From: Phoronis australis
Lineage: Eukaryota; Animalia; Phoronida
Assembly (NCBI GenBank): GCA_002633005.1
Contig: NMRA01000130.1
Span: 310,001-374,000, forward strand
Length of the DNA stretch: 64,000 nt
Direction of reading: 5' to 3'
Part shown: piece by piece, positions 13,988-25,680 of the stretch
Numbering within the stretch: the first letter of the stretch is position 1
How the letters are laid out: every line of letters begins with the position of its first letter
Position numbers and translations under genes: made by a program
The notes under the pieces: generated by a model
What the model was told of the DNA's origin: nothing
What the model saw: the letters and a program-made list of their open reading frames with translations, nothing else
Databases searched by the model: none

Positions 13988-15007
13988 ACGAAAAACATGT
14001 GAAACCATGGGTTTATATAGATTCCGATATTGTGGAAAGAGTAAAAGTCATCCATTAGACAAGAATGTGTTTATTTCCCTTCTCAAGTTTTGTCAAACAA
14101 AACCAAGTTACATTCAACTCAATTCAAGTTCTACAACTGGTAAAAAATAAAACAATATCATGCCAATAAATCATGCAAGCTTTTGTACTAAGTTCAAGAT
14201 AAGTGGCCGAGTTTTTTTGCAACTTAAGAGTGGAGCTCAAGGTGAAAGCATTTTAGGCTTGGAGGGAGTAACTAGCTTGCAAAGTGGCTTAAAATTTGGC
14301 ACTCTAGTAAATCATGGGTGTGGTTCACATACAATTGGCCTTTTGAAATTGACTTGCATGATCAGTGAAAGCAGTTCTTTGTATACAACTGTACCAGTTT
14401 GCCAAGGTAGGTAAACACAGCTTATGGTCCTGGGTGAGAAAATAATTGTTTTATTACTCCCTATGAATTCTGAATAGCCTGAGCCCAGAATGAGGGCTGT
14501 AGACAGCGGGAGTACTCAACTCAGTTTTTGACAACAAGCTGCAGAGGGCTGCAATAAACATATTTCAGTCACCAGCATCACACAGGAAATTTTTACCCAA
14601 ACATAAAATAGCTATTTTCCTAAAATAGTGGTGACATAATGAAACATGGTTTTATCACTAGATGGCGATGGAGTGTTTGGTGGACAAAGTTCTCTGTGCT
14701 GCCTGCAGTTCAATTCAGACCTGTGACTTTAATGGGCATTTATTCAGTTGGATTTCACTTTGTTTTTGATAAATTCTTTGCAATCACATTGCCACTGCTG
14801 TGCTGTGGAACTTTTAAAATTATTGTCGTAAAATATTGGTAGCACAAATTTTAGTCAAGTGAAAGGAAATGCGCTTTGATGCTTGCCAACTGTTTCTTAC
14901 TGGACTCTAGGATGTTTTTTCCCTGCAAAATGATCCACCTAATCTTAGTCATGTGTCTGTATGACCAGTGAATGAGAGTGACCCTCAAGCTTTAGTTCCA
15001 ATAGGTG

Positions 15008-15076
15008 TCACTTTCCCAGTGCTGTGTAGTCTTCTACTATCTGTGATACAGTGTTGAAGGCTTCTTCAAAATCTCC
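15008..15076 (-). CDS. tubulin exon 10 (GDFEEAFNTVSQIVEDYTALGK*)
   Basis: acceptor attttgcag|; FxEAxxxxxxxxEDY C-terminal helix; TGA stop. Confidence 0.9.
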   Translation of the reverse strand, partial: GDFEEAFNTVSQIVEDYTALGK

Positions 15077-18000
15077 CTGCAAAATAGAGAACACATCATG
15101 GTTACAGTATTGGACGAAAAATATTGTTCATTTAGCAAGTACCAGCAATATCATGCCACCAAATCCCATGGTCTAATCTTTGTACTCAAAATTGAACTCG
15201 CAATTTTTAACATGCTCCATTCTGCTTTAGTGCCAACTCTAGTACATTATGGTTTACGTGGATGACTGTCTAGTCCTAATTTGCAGTTGATGACCCTAGT
15301 TCTAGTTTGCACTTGATGACTCTAGCATTAATTCATTAAGTTTTCATCTGAACTCGAGTTTGTAGCTTGAACCTATGGTCGTCAACTGCAAAATTGGACT
15401 AGACACTCAACGTTAAACCATAACAAACTCAAGCACACAAACACAGACCCCTGACTTGCTTCATCCTAAAGTAGACAGGAAATCCTCATGAAGTTTAGTG
15501 TTCGATTTTGAGTGAAAAAAATTAGACCTTGGGCCCAGGCTGCTTGCTTGTACTACGGGTCTGGAATGCTGCAGGCAATGACAGGCAATGAGTGTGAATA
15601 GGAATACGACCGATTAGATTTTCTGAACTCAGACAAGGTCTACATAAGAGGGTACATTTCGTTAAACAAGTATGACCCTAGGCATATTGGAAGTGGACAG
15701 TTAACCCCAGATTTTCAAAAAATGGTGAATTTTGAAAATTATATAAACATTTCAAACAAATCTATCATCACCCACCCCCAAAAACTGTAAAATTCCATGA
15801 CGACCTATGTCAAATCCATACTTTATGGATCACAAGGTGCAAATCCAATTGTTCGATTGAAACTGCTAACCTACCCATATATACCCATACCTATAGAGAA
15901 GACGGTGTGGCTTAGTGCAGGCTCCTAGCCAACATTGCTCAGGGGGTGGTTTGAATTTCTGGAACGGTGGACCTTTGATGTTTTGCAAACGTCAACACTG
16001 TAGAGTTTTCATTAAGGCCCTCAGCTGACACAGCTTAATCAGGGGGAAGGGAAATTTGTGTACACAACGATGACTCTCGGCTCTATATTTTGAGATGAGA
16101 CGGAATTAGTAATACCGGAGATGAGGATGCCATGACGGTTGCTAGCAAAGAATGGGACTCAATTCGGATGTAATGTAGTCCAAAACATTCTTGCGTTACT
16201 TCCTGCCAAATTGTCAAATCAGGCATCCTTAAATGATTGATTACACATTCCCGGACAGAATTATTTAGTTGGAAATTAACTTGACAAAATTTTTTTTCTA
16301 GTATTTTTGCGTGTTAACGTTATTGCATTTTAAAAAATATGGAGTGGGAACATTGATAAATAATAAAACACTACACATTCATTAAATCCATGTCAAGGTC
16401 GCATCATTTCACAGCGCGACTAAAAAGTTTAGAGCCGTTANTACGACCGATTAGATTTTCTGAACTCAGACAAGGTCTACATAAGCGGGTACATTTCGTT
16501 AAACAAGTATGACCCAAGGCATACTGGAAGTGGACAGTTGACCCAAGATTTTCAAAAAATGGTGACTTTTGAAAATTATATAAACATTTCAAACAAATCT
16601 ATCATCACCCACCCCCAAAAACTGTAAAATTCCAAGACGAACTATATCAAATCCATACTTTATGGATCACAAGGTGCAAATCCAATTGTTCGATTGAAAC
16701 TGCTAACCTTTGATAGTCCCTTTCATCAGTACTGCTTAACTCACTAGTATTGAATGATACAATTAAAACAAATCAATATCAACTATTTCTCCGGTTGTTA
16801 CTGTAATGTTAACACCCATTCTACTCCCCAAAAACAAACAGTAGTCAATTTTAGAAATTCAAACAAAACCTATTTTAAAAAGTTCACTCCATTCCTGCAA
16901 ATGCTCATAAGTTGACTAAATGTTCCTTGATGACAGTGATGTAACTCATTGGCATTTTCAAATCATTTCTTTTCCTTCGATCATGATTACATACCCATAT
17001 ATACCCATATATACCCATACCTATAGAGAAGACAGTGTGGCTTAGTGCAGGCTCCTAGTCAACATTGCGCAGGGGGTGGTTTGAATTTCTGGAACGGTGG
17101 ACCTTTGATGTTTTGCAAACGTCAACACTGTGGATATTTCATTAAGGCCCTCAGCTGATGCAGCTTAATCAGGGGGAAGGGAAATTTGTGTACACAACGA
17201 TGACTCTCGGCTCTATATTTTGAGATGAGACGGAATTAGTAATACCGGAGATGAGGATGCCATGACGGTTGCTAGCAAAGAATGGGACTCAATTCGGATG
17301 TAATGTAGTCCAAAACATTCTTGCGTTACTTCCTGCCAAATTGTCAAATCAGGCATGCTTAAATGAGTGATTACACATTCCCGGACAGAATTATTTAGTT
17401 GGAAATTAACTTGACAAAATTTTTTTTCTAGTATTTTTGCGTGTTAACGTTATTGCATTTTAAAAAATATGGAGTGGGAATATTGATAAATAATAAAACA
17501 CTACACATTCATTAAATCCATGTCAAGGTCGCATCATTTCACAGCGCGACTAAAAAGTTTAGAGCCGTTATGCCTGAACCTCACCCACCAGAACCCCGAA
17601 CAGGGCGGGTTGAAATGAAATCTAGTTAGCAGGCCATCCTGTCCCTACCAGTCTTCACATAGTCAGTGAGCCCCATTCAGTCTTCTTAAATTTAAAACCG
17701 TTGGTCGCCGCAGCCCGGACCCGTGCCCCAGATGTTGCCAATAACTGAGAACGAGTCGTTAGTTAGATCCAAAAACCTCGATTGGCAGTGACTGGAACCG
17801 AGCTCATTTGTAAACAATGTGCAACTCCTCTGAGCTCGGTCTTACTAATGAATATGTGCAATAGTGTGAATTAGAACCTGGATACAATGTGAAAATGATT
17901 CCTGGGGCTGTGCTTAATTACCTGACAACAGCCATGTTTTCTGTACCAGTGGAGGTAGGCCTTAGCATTAAACATCTCTTCAGCTCTCTGCAGAATGCCA

Positions 18001-21000
18001 GCACACACATCACCTGCTGCAGATGTGTTGGCAGCCAGTGTGAGAGAAGACTTCTTGCAGCCTGCCATGGTCTCTTTGTCTAAAAGAACGATACCAGACA
18101 TGACCATAAAGATAAACACATCATAACTGCAGTGTATGGAAAACACGCTTTAAAGGTATGATCCTAAGGTGTAACACTTTTCAACCTTTCTTGGACAGTG
18201 TAACGCAGAGAAATCTTCACTTGTTCAAGCTTCACCACAACAGTCATATTGTTTTGGCATATAACCATGGGAACATAAGCTGGACAATAAATGAGAAGAT
18301 TTGATAAAGCAACAACTTGGCATGCTAAACCCTACCTGTCCACACATCCACAGGGTAGGGGTTCCAGGAAACACAGCTGAATGAAGCCCTCAGCTTGTCT
18401 TCAACGGTCTTGATATAGGAAGGGAAACTGTTGGTGCTGTCACCCCTGGCAACAACCACACTAGACAGCAGCGAATACTGAAAAAGGTACGGAAACTTCT
18501 GAAGCCAGCACTAGGGCAAACAAAATAATAAAGCACCTGAATGATCTTGTAGTCATAAGTATCGGCAAAATGACAAAGATTTTCAATACCGTGCACAAAA
18601 GTAGCGTAAAGCGAAAATAAAATGATAAATTAGAAAGCTGTAACAGCATTTTTGAGATTTTGTCATGAACATTTTTATGAAATGATAATTGTTCATGTTT
18701 CTGATTTTGCTATGAATGCACCTTTTCAAAATTTTACTGAGACATGGTCACGCGATCCAACTTATGACAAACAGATACAAAGTCAAAAATTAGTCTCAAC
18801 TTGAGCTTTCCACTTTCAGAAAATATAAATTTTTACTATGTTTTCTAAATATTTGGCCAATTGCACAGACTTGTTGATAAAGTCTTACAAAAGTTTGAAA
18901 TAAGAATACTAAGTGTTAAGATCACGGTGAAGCAACAAATGCATAGAGTTGCATATATAAGTGTATGTGCTTAAAACTTTGTTACAAATTAGAATTCTGC
19001 GGCAGGGATCACTCGGTAGTTGCCAGGCAACATTACAATGCATTCATTTAGTGGATGCCATAAAGTCACTTTCAACACTCTCTTACTAGTTTCCCAGTCT
19101 GGTCCCTAGTTTTCGTCGTTCTCATCAATGTCGAACACATGTCACCCCAGGAGTCCTTACTGAAATATGCCAATCAAATTTGCAGTGCCAATCAAACAAG
19201 AATTAGTAGAATTTGTCTACGCATTACTTCTCAATTTTACATCAATACCATGAATCAATAATGAACAACATTGCCTGCAAATATCCTAAATAAATCAAAT
19301 AATGTAGGACCTTAACAACAAGTTTGTGTAAAATATCTGCAAAATTACAAAATTTAACTCCATCAAAGTATATATTTTCTGAACATAGAAAACTTGTAGA
19401 ATTTGATTTTCGACTTTTTACCAATCTGCCATTAATGGCCATGTCTTCAGTAGAATTTTGCAAAAAGAAAGGCACATTGATAGCAAAACAACAGATCACA
19501 TGACCAAATTTTGTTATATATATTGAATGTTTGACATGAAATTTCAGAAACAATGTTACAGTTTTCCAAATCATCATAGCAAGTCGGTTTTATGCACATT
19601 TTGATTTTGCAAGAAAATCATTAGACATATTTTTTATCACTGATGTAAAAAGGTGGTATTTTAAATAAAATTCCTGGTACCCTTTCGGAGAACTGTGCAG
19701 AAAGCGATATTATATGAAATTTTCAAAAGAATCCAAGCACTCACACGATCTGCCGAAGTTAGCCAAACTTGTTCATTTTTCTAGGGTCCTGCATAACCAA
19801 AACACCAATTTTTTGTGGAGACATTTCATGTACTTCTCCACACTTAAAGACAAGGTGTACAGAACTGAAGCATGACCAAACGACCTCAGTGCAAGCTTGT
19901 CCCCAGGTATCTTGCCCTTGACCATCCCAGCGCCAACTCAACAAATGTGTCCCTGATGTCAACACAGACGTTACAAGAAAGTTGCTCTGCGCAGGTGTTA
20001 GAGCTGGAAAAGCCCATATGAGCTAAGCACCACATATAGCTGAAAATGACTTCTACGCCCCCAAGGTTAAATTTTTGTTAGATTGCCACTTGCACCAGCA
20101 CCATATCATCTCCCCCCCCCTGGGCAACTTGCACTGGAACACCTGCATGTCTGTATTCAGCTGAAGATTACCGTACTTTCAGAAAGCACTGAGAAGACGT
20201 GTGAATATATTTTTGCATCGACCTTTTTACTGTTCCTCCTAAGTTCCTCTTATGGTACCTGGAAAGGTGCATTATGGGAAATACATCCAAAAAATACAAC
20301 GAGGAACTGTAAAAAGATCCATGACAATCTACACGACACTAACGCAGTAACACAACCTTTTGCTCACGTTGCTTGGCAGGATAAACTTGTTGCTAGGCAG
20401 CGGACACAAAGTACGCACCATCTCCCACGGTTCCATGCCCAGGCTGACTCCGCTGAAACGAAAGACGACATTGCCATGAGCATAAAATAGAGACGTTTAG
20501 TGTTCTCACCAGAATTAATGATATGTAGGGCCTTATCCACAAGTCTGCATGTTTATTAGCTAAATGTTGACTGATCTTAACACTGTAAAAGTATATACAG
20601 AAAACTTAATAGAAGATGATTTATGACTACTCTGTCATTAATTTGATCACATGACCATGTCTTTTTCGTAAAAGTTGCCAAAAAGGCACCTTTATAGAAA
20701 AACAATATTATTGTAGTACCATGGCCAAATTCAATTTAATATAAATTTTTAAGACGAAATCTCAAAAACACTGTTACAGTTTTCTAAAATACCATTTCGT
20801 TTTTGTTTTGTGCTACTTTGAAGTTTTTCAAAAAAATTGTAGAATTAGTGTGTTTTGATATAAGCCGATCACGCAAGAGTAAACCATTTTAAAATCAAAT
20901 CATAACAACCTTTTAGAGAACAGTGCATAATGCATGATTTATGCAAATCTTGAACTGGTCTGGAAATATAGATCACAAAGTCTGGTCTGCACGCCACCTG

Positions 21001-24000
21001 TTGGCCACATCATGTGACCTAATGAACAATAGTCTGATGAGATTTCTGCCCCCACTGGGACTCAAACCCGGGACCTTCTGCTAACCGTGCAGACACTCTA
21101 GTTCACTGAACCATCGGGACCACTGGTCAAACACAGAAATACAATCAGACTTAGCACTGGTTCAGTGGACTAGACTCTCTGTACAGTTAGCAGAAGGTCC
21201 CGGGTTTGAGTAACGGTCATCACGTTTGGCTCTAACTTCGGAACATCATATCTCAGAAATGGTTTTCGCAATCATGCATTATCACAAACATTTTTAAATC
21301 TGGTCTGCACGCCACCTGTTGGCCACATCACATGACCTAGTGAAGATATTAATATGTGATCTGAATTTACAGTTATTTTTTTGACGGAAGGTTAATTTGA
21401 CGTCACTTTAAATTCAAACCATTTAATGACGGATAGATACAAGACAGGGAAGATAAAAACAACAGCAGTATGACATGGAGCCTTGTTCAAAAAATGTGCA
21501 TTGTGTTCTTAATTATATCTAAAATTGTGTGAAATAATACCACAATAGTATTATTTACCTGTGATACGTAAATAAATGCATTTAGGCCCATACACCTATA
21601 TCCGAAATAATCCATTTTCTCAAAATATTTTTTCACATGTAGACTCAATTGGCTAACCATGAATTATAGATGCAGGCGGTCACGCCATGCAGGTCTAAAA
21701 ATGGGTGATTTTCATGCCCTTTGTCCATTGATAATAAGTGTTAAATTACATTCATGTCCATAAAGGCTCAGTCGCATGTTTTAGAAATTTGCTGCTTGGG
21801 ATTATTCAAGTGTTTCGTACACAGGCGCATGGGGCAAATTGCAAACATAGCGGCTTCAAACACAGCCGCATGGGTCTCAATATGCATTTATATGGTGCAC
21901 ATACTTTGTGGGCGTGACTGAATCTGTTGGCAATAACATTCCGCAGAGACAGTCACAGACATAGTCGTTCATGGTGGCGATACCAGAAGTTTCCCGTCCG
22001 AGTTTGTTAAACCGTTCCAATATCCAGTCATTGTTAAACAACAGGACTCCATCGCAGTACCTAAAGAGAGAATGATTAATTGAACAATTCATGATTATTA
22101 TCTAAAACTTCGTATAGAGCAATACATGTCATCACCTGACTAAACTTAGTAAGAATGAAAAGAAATCTGTTATCTCTGATACTAGTGTTGTCAACTTGTC
22201 TCATGTTTTAATGCATTGTGGGAAAAACAGTCATATTGTCCTCAATTCGTTTAATCTACACTCAGTTTCAAGCCTGATCAACATGCATTATTCAGTTACT
22301 ACCTAAACCACGAGACGTGGTAACAAGTGAGAGATCTCTATAGCTTGAAATGTACAATGTAAGTACCTTTGCAGCCAAGAGAGGCAGAGCAAGGAGTTGT
22401 AATTTTGCAGAGGGCTTTCCCCGCCACTGTGAGGCGCCACTGTACAAGACAGGAGATATTGCAGTGGGTACTCGTCGCGTAGTGACTCACACAGACGTGA
22501 TCCAAACCCCGAGCCAGTGCCACCACTAAGACTGTGCATAATGATTGTACCAGTGTACGAGTCGCACCTGAAATTTCAATCTTAAACAGATACGTAACAG
22601 GGTTACAAAGTATAATTATTGACCACTCACACTGAGGGTTTCATTGATATCCACCATTTTGGAGATTACTGAAACATTGTTCATCTATGTGAAATTATTA
22701 TTATTACTAAATTTAAAAGTTCACATTGCCTTTCAACTTAAGTTTTCAGTGACACTTTGAAAAACAAGACAAGACATTAAAATTACACAAATACAAAGGA
22801 ATAACAATATATGATTAAAAGTAACGGATAAAGATGTGTACTAGTACCAACACACAGTGTAAACAGTAATAAATCACAAAACAGTTAGACACGCGAAAAT
22901 AAACATACAAAAATAGATAAGCTTCAAATTGAGGAATACCTAAAAAGACAAAGTGGTTAAAATAGATTAACATTTATTTAAAACTCTTAGCAATAAAATG
23001 TGGCTCACGCTTAAAATGAAATACACATTCATATAATGTAAATTTATGAACGCTAGAATAATACTAGACACATTTATTAAAAGGATACTAAACCCTGTTT
23101 TGATGATTTCAGCCAATCCTCGTTCTGTTACATGGTAATGCATTAATGGCGTCAACCTTCCAAGTTAAAGACAGGAATCAACTCATGGATCAGACATTAT
23201 GGTCCTTGGTGGGTGGTGTTTTTCTACAGTTGCCATGCCATTTGCTAGAAGCGTAGGTCACGCTTTCCCGTTTAGGAGACTTTAAAAGGAGTTTTTAACT
23301 TTTCCTCCAAACTTTTTAGGGTTGTCGAGGGCTACAGAGCATTATTTTGTTTCAGAGAACTGGATGGGAATATCGTTTGTAGTATCTGTTAATAGGCCAA
23401 AACCGAGTTTGGTATCCTTTTAACAGATAAGGTTCATTCGTCCAATCCTTAAATCTGATTCGTTTACAGTTTTCATAACAGACTAACCTTTCTGTCTGCT
23501 TCCTCACAGCCTCGAGAGTACTGGTCAGCAGGTTATCCTCTCCAGAGTGAGACAGACCAGTGTAGCCCATGGCCCAGTTACTGCCTCGTCCCCTGCGACC
23601 CACCACCAGGCTTCCCTCAGCAAAATTACTGCAATGCAGTGAAGACCTAATTGCAAACGACTATGCACAAACCAGTGTAGTGTATATTTATTTATTTTAG
23701 ATTAAAAAGATTAATAATAAATAAAATAAATTAGTTATAAAACTTGGTTATAAAAATTTGTGAATATTTATATGACACGGTAAGTAACATGTATATTTAG
23801 TAGACCAACGTAAGGAAAAATAAATTTGATATCAAGTTATAACCTGGAAAGTGAATAAATAAAAACTGAACCAAGGATTTTGAAATATAAGGTTTGGATA
23901 AGGCCAGACTCATTGTTATTCTGTTTCATGAAATGAAAATTTGACCCGAGGTGCTGTGACAAGAATGAAAACAGACTGGTTAGAAACTTATTTCCAGAAA

Positions 24001-25342
24001 TCCGGGTCTTTCTTCTGCCACTACCAGCTCGCTTTATGAAAATAAACTATACGAACTGAAGTCACTCTAAAAGGTTCCTCATGACCTTGACAAAGGCGTA
24101 CCTTCTGTTGACTTGTTTCAGCAGACGTCTTATTACCTTAGGTTCACTGTCTACATTGACTGACCTCAGCAGGCCATTTTGTCTATCACGATAGACTACC
24201 CTAGAACAAAACAATATCAAACATAAAACAGGTAATAAGCAACACCACAAATTATACCATGCAAATTCAACTTTATAATTGTCAGCCCCCGTAGAAATTT
24301 TACCACTCATACAATTTTTCTAAACCGATTATTTATTGGCCAAATGTGGGAGTTGTTTTTGGGACAATCATTTTCCATTTGAACATCGGTTAACTGTCTT
24401 TAGCCTGCGAGAGTCCATTCACATGGAACTTTGCATGCTTATGCTTTGTTCTTTAGGCAAGAGAACCGTGCCTCAGAGTTTTGATATTCCTTTGAACTCC
24501 ATGTTACTCCCCTTTGGTATCAATTACGGTGAGTATTGACTTCGAATACGATTTCCTGGTTACTCAGGGATTGACCTGCGGATTCGTTAGTGGTTGAGAG
24601 TGATCTCTTGTGGTTGGACAATGCTTCTCAATATCAACCAGTTGATTTAAGCTCCTATTTTTACCGTATCCGCCAGGTCAGCGCAAACAATGTCAAAAAG
24701 TGGCCAGTTGGCGATTTGGGGGAATTGAACGAAGGACTGCTCAAAGAAAAAGTTTGACTAAGGGAGTCACTTCAGTGATCAAGTTAGAAGGAGTTAAAGA
24801 CATAGACAGCCTCCTAAGGTGTCCCTTTATACACAAAAGGTACTTATAACAACGCGACTTTGAAGTTTTAATCAGTGCGAGGCATAATTCGCCAAAAAGC
24901 TTCCACTGTATGAAGCTCCTATACTAGTCCGTCTGGCACTCCAGCAGCATCCCCCCTGACCCCTACATGAAGAGAGCTCCCCAATGAATAGTCGGATGTG
25001 ACGATTCCTAAGTTGAGAATCACATGTTTCTAGTAAATAACTGGTATTATTCGACACAATAAACTGGCTCACAGCCTCTCAGTCTCAGTCTCATTACAAC
25101 TGGATTTAGTGATGGACAATGACTTTTACCCGACCAGCCTAACCTATTTACTTGGCTAGAAAGTTTTGCACGGTGGGAGGCCGGAGATCTAAAGAGTAAG
25201 AATTCTAAACAGATGGCAAAGCTAAATATATCTTCCCAACGTACCTTGATAAACATTTTTCCCGCTCACAACTATTTCTCATCCAAAAACTCTGACCAAG
25301 TTGATTTCCACATTGACCCACTTGAAGAATCACAGTCGACAT
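15008..25342 (-). CDS. Delta/zeta-class tubulin, most similar to zeta-tubulin (often annotated 'tubulin delta chain-like'); 10 coding exons, 1233 nt, 410 aa
   Basis: Exons joined by hand with GT-AG introns and consistent phases: 25342-25245, 24200-24102, 23628-23488, 22567-22367, 22060-21905, 20452-20357, 19159-19087, 18477-18336, 18079-17922, 15076-15008. Tubulin motifs: QVGQCGNQ, VDSEPKV, GRGSNWAMGY, HSLSGGTGSG, KAYLHWY. From recall, EPWEMVRTLCPLP and CVSWNPYPVDVW resemble zeta-tubulins. There is no MREI start and no acidic tail. Confidence 0.93.
15605..17570. repeat. N-separated haplotype-like duplication in tubulin intron 9; second copy has a ~280-bp extra segment
   Basis: 15605-16440 matches 16442-17570 except for an insertion at ~16710-16990; N at 16441. 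Confidence 0.85.
17922..18079 (-). CDS. tubulin exon 9 (DKETMAGCKKSSLTLAANTSA...MFNAKAYLHWYRKHGCCQ)
   Basis: acceptor cttttag|, donor CAG|GTAATT; KAYLHWY motif. Confidence 0.93.
18336..18477 (-). CDS. tubulin exon 8 (YSLLSSVVVARGDS...CVSWNPYPVDVWT)
   Basis: acceptor tttttcag|, donor AG|GTAGGG; ARG and VSWNP motifs. Confidence 0.9.
19019..19031. promoter_or_regulatory. RFX X-box consensus in tubulin intron 7
   Basis: GTTGCCAGGCAAC matches GTNRCC-N(0-3)-RGYAAC as a perfect palindrome. Confidence 0.45.
19087..19159 (-). CDS. tubulin exon 7 (SKDSWGDMCSTLMRTTKTRDQTGKL)
   Basis: acceptor tatttcag|, donor TA|GTAAGA; bridges phase 2 to phase 0 as required. Confidence 0.82.
19300..19798 (+). mobile_element. 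Copy of the Kolobok-like family in tubulin intron 6
   Basis: gtaggacctt ... ttctagggtcctgcataacc ends and shared internal motifs. Confidence 0.6.
20357..20452 (-). CDS. tubulin exon 6 (NGVSLGMEPWEMVRTLCPLPSNKFILPSNVSK)
   Basis: acceptor cgtttcag|, donor AG|GTTGTG; L-x-P-x-P-x-x-KF motif. Confidence 0.88.
20980..21345. mobile_element. tRNA-derived SINE cluster: two tRNA-like heads in inverted orientation flanked by a ~45-bp direct repeat
   Basis: - strand TGGTTCAGTGAAC...GGTCCCGGGTTTGAGTCCC (A and B boxes, ~21120-21056) and a + strand copy at ~21158-21211; tctggtctgcacgccacctgttggccacatca at ~20981 and ~21299. Confidence 0.75.
21905..22060 (-). CDS. tubulin exon 5 (RYCDGVLLFNNDWIL...LLPTDSVTPT)
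   Basis: acceptor ctctttag|, donor AA|GTATGT; frame continuous with exons 4 and 6. Confidence 0.9.
22367..22567 (-). CDS. tubulin exon 4 (RCDSYTGTIIMHSLSGGTGSGFGSRLCE...LSWLQ)
   Basis: acceptor atttcag|, donor AG|GTACTT; tubulin signature GGTGSG. Confidence 0.95.
23488..23628 (-). CDS. tubulin exon 3 (SNFAEGSLVVGRRGRGSNWAMGY...AVRKQTE)
   Basis: acceptor attgcag|, donor AG|GTTAGT; GxxNWAxGY motif. Confidence 0.92.
24102..24200 (-). CDS. tubulin exon 2 (RVVYRDRQNGLLRSVNVDSEPKVIRRLLKQVNR)
   Basis: acceptor tttgttctag|, donor AG|GTACGC; R-x-V-x-VDSEP motif. Confidence 0.9.
25245..25342 (-). CDS. tubulin exon 1 (MSTVILQVGQCGNQLGQSFWMRNSCEREKCLS)
   Basis: ATG at 25342; QVGQCGNQ motif; donor AAG|GTACGT, phase 2. 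Confidence 0.92.
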
Positions 25343-25680
25343 TTCTTGACACCCTTGCGATTATTACGTACAAATGACCAATATATAATATTTAGTAGTA
25401 GTAAACAGGTGTTCTGAGCTGAAATTATTCAAGGATAATAATCAAATATTTGTCCTTCGTCTGCTTTTGAGATGACCATCTGGTTTTCAGTGACCTCCAG
25501 TTACGAGCTGAACTCTTCTTAAAAGGAGGTGCAATGCGAAATTAAAGGTGGAGCTCCAGCAGTGCCCCGGAAGTCGTAAGTTCATCACTGTTCAAGTTAC
25601 ATGTCCAATACTTTACTACGTTTTCGTAACATCAGATTCTCTTGTTACCTTTAAAGTGTATGCAATGTAAGTACATTCTT
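25343..25680. promoter_or_regulatory. Probable bidirectional promoter (tubulin on -, spliced non-coding transcript on +)
   Basis: Lies between the tubulin ATG (25342) and the + strand splice donors; ETS-type CCGGAAGT at 25567-25574. Confidence 0.5.

Noticed and set aside
20083-20490. 135-aa + strand ORF
   Set aside because: Antisense shadow of tubulin exon 6 plus intron.
21045-21215. Possible tRNA genes
   Set aside because: A/B boxes are present but there is no valid cloverleaf or anticodon arm; a truncated copy with the same tail occurs at 27 kb, so it is a SINE.
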